Below, piece by piece: positions 12,903 to 25,189 of a DNA stretch of 64,000 bases; position 1 is the stretch's first letter; each line of letters opens with the position of its first letter. Below the pieces are notes generated by a model. The model ran no database searches and was not told the DNA's origin. It saw only the letters and a program-made list of their open reading frames with translations. The translations under genes and the position numbers were made by a program. The stretch comes from Octopus sinensis (lineage: Eukaryota). Location: assembly GCF_006345805.1 (NCBI RefSeq), contig NC_043015.1, forward strand, positions 15,748,001 through 15,812,000, written 5' to 3'.

Positions 12903-13019
12903 GATTCAGATGAATATGGTAGTTAAGTTGAGGCACCAGAATTTAGTACGGTATTATCCATTCAATTTCAAAATAAGGTAATTAAAATCAAAATAAGTAA
13001 CAAGGATATCCAGAGGTAA

Positions 13020-13110
13020 TGCAGTACGATCGTTTCATGCAAGCCACTCCATTTAATTGAACAATGCAATCATTACATCAATTTAAAATGTAGAGCAATC
13101 TTCAGCTGTA
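13020..13110 (-). ncRNA. Type-I hammerhead-like motif with long stem II (left arm)
   Basis: Minus strand reads uacag-CUGAAGA-uugc...gcau-GAAAC-gauc-GUA-cugca, with palindromic stem III ACGAUCGU. Confidence 0.55.
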
Positions 13111-15883
13111 CAAAGACAGAATTTAATTAAATTAGAACAGATGGGCACATTAGTATAATTATACCTAAAATCGCCAAGAAATTAAGGAGATAAACAAAGA
13201 ACATATTGTACATACAACAGCATAGCCGTAACTAAAAATTTTCAAGAAGACACTGCTTGTCACTGATTTTTTGTTTTTTTATGGGGTCATTTTTAATTTG
13301 TAGACTAGTTTATCAAATCCTTTGTATATTTAAGGCTGAGAGAAACAGAGGGCAGTATCTGTTTGCAGTAGGGTTGAGGGAGTAGACAGACATTCTAGAT
13401 GGTATAGTCATAAAAATCAAAATTTATTAGAAGCAATGTCATGAGGTTTAGTAAGGGAAAACTTAAAACAAGATGTTAGCTGATAATTAAGGGGTCAAAG
13501 CAGACTATTGATAATGAAATAGGGGAAGTCTTATCCTGTAGCATTATAGTTAAATACTTTAAAACAGTGTTGCTATATTGTATACAATTAAAGTTTAGGG
13601 TTATTCAAAAGATTATTAAGAAGAATATTGTAACAAAAGGATAGAAATTTATGAATACTTTTGAATAAATATCAAACTTCTACCATGTTAGAGAGAGGAA
13701 AAGAAATTATATAGAAATAGTTTAATATTTCTACATATTGTATACTTAAATACTAACTCATCAGATGGTATCTGTGAATATTGATTAAATGATATTTATT
13801 GGTAGTTATAAAGAAGTATTGAGGAAAAAGTATATGCTAATTATATATTAATAAAATTTTAATCTGAGCAGTATTTTTAAAAGCAGTGAATAGTTTTATA
13901 TAAGCTAAGTATGAATTTATAGAGATACAAAACTTAGAATAATTTTATAAATAAATAAAGGCTAATTATAAACTAAATAAAATAATCTAGAGCAGAACAC
14001 CATAGAAAAGGAATAAAACGGCTTAATTACTAATACTATGGTAAAGTATATGCAGCTTGTCAACACCAATAGAGAAGGATTTTTAGAAAAAAAGGATAAT
14101 AATTCAAAATATATTAGACAAACAATTATATTTACTTATTTAGCTAATATCTATAAGTATCAGTTAAAGGAATATTTAAGTTATGGAAAAATAAAAATTC
14201 TATTTTACACTAATCTTTTTTTTTAAATTTAGGATTATTCTATAGGTTTAAGAAGTTATTATTATTACTCCCTACATGATATTTATAGTTTCTTAGTGGT
14301 ACTTCTTTATTTATATAAAGGTCCTTATAAATACTAAGATCAGGAGGGTAGAGCCATTTAAGAAAGAGAAAAATCATTTAAAGATCATTTCAAACAATTA
14401 TTGTCATACTGAATGAGGTTAAAATTTAGAGTAATCAAGAAGATTACTAAGAATGAAAATTTTAACAAAAGGATACCACTTCTTTGAATATTATGAGTAT
14501 ATACCAAATGTTTACCACAATAGAGGGAGGAAAAGGAAATTGCAAAGAAATAGATTAATTTTTATATACTTATTACTTTTCTAAAATATTAACTTATATG
14601 GTTTCCATGGAAATTGATCAAATGGATTTAACTGGTAATTAATAAGAGGTGGGGGAAACTGAGGTTAAAGAACATGTCACCTATATACTGATTTAATTAA
14701 AATTGAACTAATTTTAAGTTGTGGAGATACCAGTATTACTTTATATAAGCTGAGTATGAATTAATAGGGGTACAATGATGAGATTTATTTGAGTCTGCTA
14801 TAAAGATAACAATAACAACAATAATAAAATTATCAGTTAGCACTAAAAACCATAATAAAATAATAAAATATTCATACCTTATTAACTCCAATAGCATGTA
14901 TTTATAGAAAATGTATAATAATTTATGAGCTAAAATTGTTAATTAACTTATTTAGCTTACTATAATTAGGTCTGAAACCAGGTATTAGTTGAAAAGGTAA
15001 TTTTTGCTAAAAGGACAAGCTAACCATATACTAATATTAAATTAAGAGGTATAATATAGATTTCAAAAATTATTTGTGTTAATCCATAAATGATATTACA
15101 ATTTCTTTGGGGTTCTTAATTGGAAGGGCTATTTGTATAAAGCCAATATAAATACCAAAGTTAAGAGGGTGGAACATTTTAAGAAAGGGATAAAAAAAAC
15201 CTAATTACTAAAACTATTTTAAACAATATGTCATTTTTTCGTATAGGGTTAAAATTTAAGGTTATCAGAAAGATTTACCATTTAGGTGAGAGAATAAATA
15301 TACAATAAATTAGTTATTTTATAATTTAGGCAGTTTAATTTTGACAGTTTAATTTTAAATTGTGAAAATGCCATATTATTTTTTATAAGCTAAGTATGGA
15401 TTTATAGGGGTACAAAAATTTAGGTTTTTATAAAAGTAATTATAAAGTATTAAAATGATAGGGTAGAGTAGAAAACACCACAGGAAAAAGATATAAAATA
15501 GCTTAATCACTAAAATCATGATGAAGTATATATACAACTTAGCAACTTCAATAGAGAAGATTTATAAAACATATACAATAATTCAAGAAATTAAAAATTG
15601 TTTATTTACTTAATTAGCTTGTGTCTTTAATCACTTATACCTAGTATAAACTAAAAGAAAAATTAATGTTGTAGGGTATGCTATCTGTACACTAAATTTT
15701 TTAAAATGACCCCATAAAAAACAAAAAATCAGTGACAGGCAGTGTCTTCTTGAAAATTTTTAGTTACGGCTATGATGTTGTAGGTACATGTTCTTTGTCT
15801 ATCTCCTTAACTTCTTGGAGATTTTAGGTATAATTATACTAATGTGTCCATCTGTTCTATTTTAATTAAATTTTATGTCTTTG

Positions 15884-15974
15884 TGCAGCTGAAGATTGCT
15901 CTACATTTTAAATTGATGTAATGATTGCATTGTTCAATTAAATGGAGTGGCTTGTATGAAACGATCGTACTGCA
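15884..15974 (+). ncRNA. Type-I hammerhead-like motif with long stem II (right arm)
   Basis: ugcag-CUGAAGA (15889-95)...GAAAC (15958-62)-gauc-GUA (15967-69)-cugca. Stem I is a perfect 5 bp. Confidence 0.6.
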
Positions 15975-16005
15975 TTACCTCTGGATATCCTTGTTGCGTC
16001 TTTTG

Positions 16006-16203
<198 letters not shown>

Positions 16204-16879
16204 AATGTTAATTTCAAGTATGGAGAATGGGGATTTAAATATCGGTTGGAATGCTACACGCAATAATTCTTCCTTTGTATCCTAATATTCTTCCGATTTC
16301 TTTACTTGCTAAAGCTGACAGTTTTATCGTGGAAAATTTTAATGTATCGTTATTTGTAAAGTGATCTCATGTTGATTTGAAAGCGATAAGATGACGGAAG
16401 TCAATTTATTTTTTATAACAGTAATTACATAAATTATTAAAATAAAATAAAACAACAAACAGGAAAATTAATGGTGAATGACAGTGTATCAACAGGATGC
16501 CAAATTTAGGGTGTCAAGGTTCTTGTAGAGGTAACTAAATTTTATATACCCTTGGGATTGATAAACTAACGTTTCAAGTCATTAAATAAATTTCCGAAGG
16601 ATTAAAATGATAGACATCTTTAAAATTGGATGTAATTTATTCAAAATAAGTTAGGTTTACTCTTTCTTTAACTTCTTGTAATCAACGCAAGAAAAAGATT
16701 AAGATAATGTCTTCATTGGGGATAGTATTAATATAGTGCATTTGATGGTAATAATTGTAGTCTCTAGATCCGAGAAACGGTTCTGTAATTTCTTGCTGAA
16801 CAAGCTGTACAGATGATTTGTTTATAGTGATAAAATGTTTGTTGTACATTAGCTCATGTCTTCCATCAAATCGATATTA

Positions 16880-17040
16880 CCTGTACAGGTGTACGGTGTG
16901 GCATGTCAAACGTCGAAGTGAACGCTGAACAGTATGAGATGAAGTGTTTTGCTGAAGAACACTACGCACCGCATGGTCCGGGAATGGAATCCACAATCTC
17001 ACGATCGTAATTTCAATACTCTAACCACTAGGCCAAGCAT
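16880..17040 (-). mobile_element. Truncated tRNA-headed SINE (family C-like)
   Basis: The reverse complement begins TTGGCCTAGTGGTTAGAGTATTGAAATTACGATCGTGAGATTGTGGATTCCATTCCCGGACC, similar to the head at 32257. Confidence 0.65.
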
Positions 17041-17279
17041 TTAATGAACTGTTTATTAAACCATGTTCTGTTTGATTTCTACTCTAAAAGGCCTACAGCA
17101 TAATAGCCTAATCTTTCACAAACTTTATTTTAATCATAGATATTAGAAGCTAGGTCTTGACGTAGCTTACATTAATGAATTATTCCCATTCTAAATATAA
17201 AAAGATTTTCCATATGTAATGAGTTGAAAATTTCAATTTACTGGCAATTAGACAACAAAAACTCTCTCAAAAGATGTTA

Positions 17280-17520
17280 AAATCTAAGAGCAAACAAGAG
17301 AAATAACCCTAATAAAATCAATTGATTGACAAAAAAGATTATGGAAGACTAAGACAATTATTATTGTGGTAACTGGTGCACTTTAAATAAGACCCAAACT
17401 ATTACCTAAGAGGTTGAGGAATATTAGAATTGAGAGTCACATTGACGACCTTCAGAAAAGTGCAATTCTGTATTCTGCAAGAATACAGAAGACAGATTTT
17501 TGAGATTTTAGGAGACTTAT
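17280..17520 (+). mobile_element. Decayed 3' end of an REL-type non-LTR retrotransposon
   Basis: Resembles the ends at 19930-20060 and 20770-20915 (P.VIGALG...LQK.A.L..A.I). Confidence 0.45.
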
Positions 17521-17551
17521 TGACACCAAACACCAAGGCAACATCCTTATG

Positions 17552-17620
<69 letters not shown>

Positions 17621-17699
17621 CTTAACTGACTGGAAGTGTTATTCTTAACTGACTGGAAGTGTTAATCTTAACTGACTGAAAGTATTATCCTAACTGACT

Positions 17700-18202
17700 G
17701 GAAGTGTTATCATGTACATTCTTTTGTCTTGGTATAAAAGATGGGCTACAGCAAATATTCTGCTCAATACCACAGATTTGCTTGTCAGTTGTTTGACCTT
17801 AACCAGTTGAGCATATCCCTTAGTGGCTGACGATATGTGTGTCTGTGATCACGAGGAGAAATAGTGAGCGAGCATCATAGCCATGTGTTGAGAGGGATTC
17901 TTTGGGGTTTGAATAATTCACGTCTGGAAACATGGGTGGTCCATTCAACATCCTTAAACAACCCTTATTCAGGGACCTATTGAGCAGGTTGGTTACTCGA
18001 CCAGAAGAAAATTTTAGCTGAGCCCCACCTGCAAGGTCATGTGCTGTTTATCTTGATATGAGATCACCATGTCGCGCACATATGGTTGTGATGCATGTGT
18101 CTAGTGTACCCTTATCAGACGGGTAATTATGATGGGTATACTGGGTTTCGTATATTTTATCCCAGTGTCACTTTGATGGCATGCACTGCTCTCTCATTCA
18201 AT

Positions 18203-18272
<70 letters not shown>
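17700..18272 (+). mobile_element. Interspersed repeat/SINE family D ending in (AAT)n; second fragment at 20985-21118
   Basis: AAAAGATGGGCTACAGCAAATATTCTGCTCA...GTTGTTTGACCTTAACCAGTTGAGCAT is present at both loci. It has an AAT-repeat tail. Confidence 0.7.
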
Positions 18273-18273
<1 letters not shown>

Positions 18274-19390
18274 GGGGCGCATTTCACTGGTCAGCTGCTG
18301 AATGGAGGGCTAGGAATGCCGTGGTTGCTGATGCGCAGGCATGCGCTCAGGGTACGGCATCTCCAGCGTTTCCTTGATGGTGAGCAGGTGTGGTTGCCGT
18401 TTGACAGACTCACTTTTCCACAGCTCGTTTCTTTGATTGAGCTGCAAACCTGGATTAGGCGTAGACCGAGAAGGAGCGCTTGGCACCTCGAGTGCCGCCA
18501 ACCCCTCACAGCCATCCGCCAGGTGAGCAATGCGGTCGGTGGTAGCGTTATATAGAGGGTTAGTGGAGGGAAAGTGCGACGATATTCTCGGGGAAACTCT
18601 GGGCGTCGACGAAGATCTGCAGACCGGTCTGTTTCGGAGGACTTTCGAGCCGGGGCCTATGGACAACCTCCAGAAATCCCTCACCTAACAGTGCTACCGA
18701 GGGGCGCTGCCTCTTCGGGATAAACTTTACAAGCATGGAAGTATTGTCAGCCGGGCCTGCCCAAGGTGCGCGCAGAGCGATGGAAACCGTTCTGCACGCC
18801 CTCGTGCAGTACCCAAGCATTGCTGACCTGTGGATTTATGTCGAACACCTGCTTTCGCGTCTAGAACAGATCCGGCTATCAGCTGAATCCATAGTGAAAA
18901 TTGCCCTGCGGCTCTCCTTTGGTTGGTGGGGACAGGCAATGTTTATTTGTCTGGTGGCTGTGGAGAAAGAGGTTGTATGGTGGACCCGTTTGAAAGGGCT
19001 AAAGTCAGACACTTTCCTCTTTGGCCAAGCCCTCATCAACTTCTTCAAGTTTCATTTGAAGAAGAAAGTTGGGGTGAAGAGGTAAGTGTTGCCTTCTAAT
19101 AAGTTTGTTGAAAGATGGGTGGATGTTGGAAGAATACCCAGTGTAAAAGGACCAATTCTGAGAAAGATAAAAGGAGAAGAGCTCTTGCCTTGTTGATCAG
19201 GCAGCCGTGGTTTTTGTGGGGTTTTCCACGAGGACCTTTAAAGCGCCTCCCTTTTGGGAGTTTTATATTGTTTAATTGTCATTGTTATATAGTGTTTAGA
19301 CGCTGAAAACCCTTTGTCTCGTCTGGTATTGTCTTTTTTGCTGTTGCTTGTCCTTTAATGCTTTATGTAAGCCCTTGTGTCTAATAAAAT
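18272..19390 (+). mobile_element. 5'-truncated L1/Tx1-clade LINE 3' end (RT C-terminus + zf-RVT), inactivated
   Basis: LLNGGLGMP.L..R..AL.V.HL.RFL, then YRGALPLRDKL...CPRC...ETVLHAL..(C). GC-richer block followed by a T-rich 3' UTR and a TAA-repeat tail. Confidence 0.8.
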
Positions 19391-19428
19391 AATAATTATT
19401 ATTATAATTATTATTATTTTTATCATTA

Positions 19429-19479
<51 letters not shown>

Positions 19480-19682
19480 TCCAATTTTTTGACACAAGGG
19501 CAGCTTGGGGGAGATGGAGATGAATTGATTATATCGACCCCATTGTTCAACTGGTACTTATTTTATTGACCCCGAAATGATGATAGGCAAAATCTATCTC
19601 GGCGGAATCTGAATTCAGAACGTAGCGACGGGCGAAATACCGTCAAGCATTTCGTCCAGCGTGTTAACGATTCTGCCCGCTC
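19480..19682 (-). mobile_element. SINE family B copy
   Basis: Reverse complement reads GGCAGAATCGTTAACACGCTGGACGAAATGCTT...CTGAATTCAGATTCCGCCGAG. Confidence 0.8.
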
Positions 19683-20140
19683 AGAAAAAAGATGGTATAA
19701 GCACACACCAGAAAAGGTCACAGAAAACGAAAAAGCAACCATACTCTGGGATATGCCAATACATACGGATAGAGAAATTAAGGGCAACAGGCCAGATATA
19801 GTTGTCAGAGATCATGAACAAAAAAAAATGCTTTCTAATTGATGTATCAATACCAGCAGATGACAACGTATCTCTAAAAGAAATGGAGAAAATTTCAAAA
19901 TACCTGGAAATAGAGGTAACTCGAATGTGGAATCTAAAAACAGAAACAATTCCTATCATAGTAGGCGCATTAGGTATGATAAAAAACACATATAACATAC
20001 AAACACATATAACATACAGAAAATTGCACTACTGGACACTGCACATATCCTACGCAAAACACTTTCAATACAGTAACCATCAGAGTACCACAACAAATCA
20101 CAACACATACCCAAGGCATAGAGCTGCGCTCGCTATAAAA
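19683..20140 (+). mobile_element. REL-endonuclease domain fragment of an R4/Dong/NeSL-like non-LTR element
   Basis: WY.HTPEKVTENEKATILWDMPIHTDREIK.NRPDIVV...CFLIDVSIP...KEMEKISKY...PIIVGALG. Confidence 0.85.
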
Positions 20141-20224
20141 ATAAAACTACTGATTAATAATAATAATAATAAATGCCCTGATGCAGTACCAGTCAGTGTA
20201 TTATTCTTAACACAGGATGTTAAG

Positions 20225-20915
20225 AATAATACAGCATCGTGAGCATGGCTTGACCGAGATGATTTGAAGCGTACCATCGAAAGCTTGATCATTGCTGCAC
20301 AAGACCAGGCTCTCGCTACCAATTCAGTGAAGTATAACATCTATGAAACTTCTGACACTTTGAAATGCAGACTCTGTGGAAAGAATGTGGAAAATGTGGT
20401 CCACTTGGTAAGTGGACGTGAGAGCCTTGCACAAAAAAGAATACAAGCGCCGCCACGATAAAATGTGTGTGTATCTTCATTGGCTCTTATGCCGTAAATA
20501 CCAATATGAAGTGATAGAGAAGTAGTAAGAGCATATACTAAGTAAAGTTAAGCAGGAGGATGGAAAAGTAACGATATTCTGGGACTATGATTTTCAGACG
20601 GATCGTGTAATCGAACATTGTCGGCCGGATTTTGTAACATTGAGTAAGAGAGACAAATACTGTCAGGTCATTGATGTAGCCGTACCAAATGACATGAATA
20701 TTGTGAGTAAAGAGGTTGAAAAAATCACCAAGTACTCCGAACTGAAAGAGAGGGTAATGTTAATGTGATACTAGTGGTGATCGGAGTGTTGGGCTCAATC
20801 CCACGGAAACTTCAAGACTTCTTAAGGCAACTGGAAATCCCATGCAAGATTGATGTTTTGCAAAAAGCAGCCTTACTGGGCACAGCGCACATCTTAAGTA
20901 AAGTATTATCTGTCT
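20225..20915 (+). mobile_element. CCHC + REL fragment of a second R4/Dong-like element
   Basis: ESLIIAAQDQAL.T...CRLCGK..E.V.HLVSG..LA..EY.RRHD...WDYDFQTDR.I.H.RPD...IDVAVP...LQKAALLGTAHIL.KVL. Confidence 0.85.
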
Positions 20916-21349
20916 AAGGTCCTTGTTGTGACTTGATAGATGACTAAAGACTTCGGTGCATTTTTACCTAGACTGTTTACGAAGGATAAAAGATGGGCTA
21001 CAGCAAATATTCTGCTCAGTGCCACAGATTTGCTTGTCAGTTGTTTGACCTTAACCAGTTGAGCATGTCCCTTAGTGGATGACGATATATGCATCTCTGA
21101 TCACGAGCAGAAGAGTAGGATTTATATAAACACGTGTAAACAATAGAAGCAATAACAAGAAAGTTTGAAAAAATATTCCGCAATAGAGGAAGAATGACCC
21201 AGGGGCAACCAAGCACTGACCCCAGCACTTCGTTGTTGCTTTATTTTATCAACCTCGAAAGGATGAAAAGCAAAGTTGCCCTCGGTTGGAACCAAGAGTA
21301 TAGAGAGTCGCAATTAAAAGCCGCAAAAATAATAGACATGAGGTGAGAA

Positions 21350-22540
21350 ATTTAGGGAAAGTGGTTTGTCTATAAAATAGACCACAACGATTGTGGAGTA
21401 CCAGAAAGGGATAAAACTAAAAGTACATAAATGAAGGAAGTCCTTAGTAAAGAATATCTCCTTAGAATTAAAAGATTTTAAAATCCAGGAAATAACATAC
21501 TAACAATCAACTCAAGGGCAGTATCACTAATAAGTTATGGGGCAGCAATGATTGAGTAGAGAAAGGATAAATTGAAAAATTACGACATTAAGACGAGAAA
21601 GTGACTCCCACTGTACAGCAGTCTGAATCTCCAACCAGATGTGAGCCTTTATACCGGAAGGGAACAGAAAGGAGAGATTTATGAATTTTTTATAGTGATT
21701 GTTCGTTTAGAGTAATCAAACCGGAGACATTCTCTGAAAAAGGAGGAAGTTATTCCTAAGTCCGTGTAAGAGATCTGTTTTTAACGGATCTGGTAGGGAT
21801 CACAAAGAAAAACAATACAGGAAATGTGAAAAATATGTTAAAATTTGAAAGAAAAAATACCATTCTGTGCTTTCAATAAAGAATGACAAGAACAATTGGA
21901 GGATTAATTTTAGCAGCACAGAAGCCGGCTGTAAGATTAAAATGGATCAAGAGAGTGATAAATAAGCGGAACCATTCACCTTTATGTAGAATGTGTAAGA
22001 AAACATTCAGTTATAGGTCAGTATGCTCAGAATCCATTCAAAGTTCGTAAAATTGTGTAGAGATAAGATTGTTGCAATAATTCACTAGAATTATTTGCAA
22101 GATGTTCGGTTTTGTATACACAGAAAAAGACCTAGTTTGTCGGCACAGAAAAAAAAAGCTCTTGAAAACGATTAAATGAGTTTGCTTTGGAATGCACCTT
22201 CACAAAGCCAAAGTAGATAACAGACCAACAAATCGGATATTATTGAACGTCGATGTGAAGAAAGTATATTGTAATTGACGCAGCATACCCATTTGATAGC
22301 AGAGCTAAGTAAACAGAAAAAGGAAAAGTAATATATTACACAAATTTGAAGTAAAAATGTTCTCAAATGCTAGAATATAAATGTTGATAAGGTCATGCGT
22401 CCACTAATTATCTATAAGAACTTGGGAAACAGACGATAAATACCAGAGTCGACTTTGGAAAGTTAGAATTTAACAGAAGAGCGGTTGCAGAAAACTTATT
22501 TACTTGAAACAGCAGGACGTGTCTTGAAAGTCCTCAATAC
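21350..22540 (+). mobile_element. Heavily decayed third R4/Dong-like RT-CCHC-REL fragment
   Basis: Residual AINSRAVSLISYGAAMI-, AAQ..AV- and CRMCK-like segments, and a 3' end like the neighbouring copies. Confidence 0.5.
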
Positions 22541-22737
22541 GAAATAAGGATAGATAAGAACATAGAAGGGCCAAAATAGCAGAAAGAATAAAAATACATC
22601 TTATGCAAGACCACTGGTTGTGGTCTGGTGCGGAGTGTTATCAAACCGGTTACAATGCCAACATCGTATAAAAAACAGCAAATATGATATTTTATAGGAG
22701 CACAAGGCAAGAAGTATTATGGGGAGAGAATAGTGCA

Positions 22738-22865
22738 TGACTGGTATTTATTTTATCGACTGCAGAAGGATGAAATGCAAAATTCACCTCGATGGGATTT
22801 GAACTCAGATCGTAAAGAGCCGGAACAAATACCACCAGGCATTTTCTCTAGCGATTCTAATGACA
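22738..22865 (-). mobile_element. SINE family B fragment
   Basis: Reverse complement contains TCTGAGTTCAAATCCCATCGAGGTGAATTTTGCATTTCATCC...GATAAAATAAATACCAG. Confidence 0.7.
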
Positions 22866-23935
22866 ACCAAACCTTTCTCTTAACAATAATAATTTGAACA
22901 AGAGTGCGATGTGCTGAGTTTATTTAATTAAAAAATTTCAAGAACGAAAAAAATTTCGTTCTTGAAGACAACACAAGTAGTAGCTAACTCTCTCTCTCTC
23001 TCTCTTGAGATGTAGGAGATTTCACTCCATGTTTCAATGAGTCCCACTTCTTTGGGAGGCATAAAGAAAGCTATTGTATCTTCTTCTTTTTTATTTTATT
23101 ACACTGGTAGATTACCTTCTTTCTCTCTTATACTCGTATAAACAACACCCAAACTATGCAGTGTTTCTTTTGTCGTCTTGTTCCAACAAGCAGTTAGTGC
23201 AAACAACGAAACCAGTCCTTCAATCAAATTTCCATCATGAAGAAATAGATACTTTCAACCAGTGGGGGCTCGTGTATAGGCACTGCGAAACTGCAGCACC
23301 CCCTATTTCCACCCGATATTATTGATAACATTCAATATAATGAGTCCTTTCTTCTTTAATTCTTTCTTTATACTTGTACATTATATAATGCTTAAGCTTA
23401 ATGACAGTAACCATCCCCTAGTTTATGAAAAAGGTACAAAAAACCTTGTATAGAACTATGCGCTTCACATTCCAGCGACGCGGTGTTTGGCTGTTGTACG
23501 CATGCTCACATGTCCGAGATAAGAAGCTTCACGCTAGGGAGAGTGGGGTGTTGTCGTTCACGCAGTGCCGATGGAAGGTAGTGTTTCTTTTTGACTCTGC
23601 GTGTGCTGTGCTTAAAAGCATGTTTATATTCTTGAATGTGATAAAATGTTTCCAGTTTCAATGTTTCTGCCAGGATTTGAAAAACGGGGCAGATTTTGTT
23701 ATCTAGGGGGGATTTTTGAAAAGCAAGGGGTAATTCGCGACGATGTTCAGTGAACAAATTAAACACACTACCCAGCAGTAGCTAAAACGCGAACCGATCA
23801 AGTTCATGTATAAATATTCTTTTTAATATGTTTCCTTTTACACAATATTAAAACAACGGCTAAAATTTTACTGAAGCAGTACCCCCATTAATTTTATCTA
23901 CGAGTCGCCACTGCTTTCAACTGATGTTTTTGTGA

Positions 23936-24075
23936 CTCTGTGTGTGTTTGTGTGTGTGGGTGTGTGTATGTGTGAGTGTGAGTGTGTGTGTGTGTGTGAG
24001 TGTGTATGTGTGTGTGTGTGGGTGTGTGTGTGTGTGTGTGTGTGAGTGTGAGTGTGTGTGTGTGTGTATGTGAGT

Positions 24076-24128
<53 letters not shown>
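23936..24128. repeat. (TG)n microsatellite
   Basis: Seen directly. Confidence 0.95.
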
Positions 24129-24130
<2 letters not shown>

Positions 24131-24429
24131 GTTCTTTTGGTTTTGGTGAATATACCCTTAGGTTCATTTTAACAGTATTAATCTACAGGAAAAATCAATA
24201 TTTTTCCTTCTAAAGGGCATATGTTTGCACTGAGATGTGCCTGTAATCCGTGGAAATGCGTTCACTCTCAATGTGATCGATTTGTTGGGTGTATAATCGA
24301 TATAATTGAACTCAGTCCTCAGTTGGGACTTATGATAATTTTAATAACGATAACAATATCAACTTTTAAAATCGGCGCACGTAAGAAAATCATATCATTA
24401 CACACACACACACACACTCACACACACAC

Positions 24430-24463
<34 letters not shown>

Positions 24464-25003
24464 AAATACACACACACACAAAGTGCAGTATTTTCTTATG
24501 CTTCTTCACAAGAACAATTGTATTTCTTCTTATTTTTTGTTTAGATCATCTGAAAATAATTAAGCTTGGCTCGCCAACATAGCTCGTAAGTCATTTATGA
24601 AATATTAACAGAAGTAGGTCAACAAAACCCCTTAGAGGTTATGCTGTTGAGGACAAGATTTCATACAGGAATAACGCCTAACAGTGAAACCTAGTTTTGA
24701 AGAAACAACAAGGAAAATTCTCTTGAGATTCTTCAAAGAGGTTCACGCCATGATGGTATTTAATAAAATGAAAAGTCGTTTTAGCATTTTTTAGAATTCA
24801 GTGAATATCATTGACAACATAAAAGAAATATACAAAGAGAAACGCATGCATCAAGAATTGAATTTAGATAAAGTTATGCATACATGCGTGCAGATAGACA
24901 GACAGACAAATAGATAGATATAATCACACACACATACACACACATACACACACACACTCATACACATATATAATTGTATGCATGTATATATATAAATACG
25001 TAC

Positions 25004-25189
25004 CAAATACCATTGATCAATAAAATATGGGTCTGTAAATATGGGCCGGCTCCAATTCATAGCTTGTGCTTGTTGGTGATGTACATCGTAACCAGAGAAG
25101 TTACTCATGGAAGATAATTCTTGATCGGCAGATGTAGCTGATCCTTTTTTATGGCGAAGCAGTTGTTTAAGTTGTAAAATGTATTTCAC
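25004..25189 (-). CDS. Proprotein convertase (kexin/furin-like S8B) coding exon 2: rest of the prodomain + start of the catalytic domain
   Basis: Acceptor ttttcatgtttaactag|GTG and donor TTG|gtacgt; 186 nt, phase 0/0. Translation VKYILQLKQLLRHKKGS...HQQAQAMNWSRPIFTDPYFIDQWYL ends in the DP.F..QWYL motif, followed by the intron position also found in furin. Confidence 0.75.

Larger units (their letters stand above)
12901..15995. mobile_element. About 3-kb composite: about 297-bp inverted arms (12999-13296 / 15701-15995), each with an HHR-like motif, around an AT-rich degenerate interior; probably Penelope-derived
   Basis: The arms are reverse complements (CAAGGATATCCAGAGGTAATGCAGTACGATCGTTTCAT... 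to ...ATGGGGTCATTTT) and are flanked by microsatellites. Confidence 0.7.

Noticed and set aside
13300-15700. Possible mitochondrial insertion (NUMT), suggested by very high AT content
   Set aside because: No recognisable cox/nad/cob peptide in the invertebrate mitochondrial code and no rRNA or tRNA hallmark. Internal direct repeats and ribozyme-bearing inverted arms fit a repeat element better. BLASTn against a cephalopod mitogenome would settle it.
23506-23766. Minus-strand ORF with FYHIQEYKH...RRVKK vaguely like a furin prodomain
   Set aside because: The prodomain is already accounted for by exon 25189-25004. No QWYL follows and I see no convincing splice sites.
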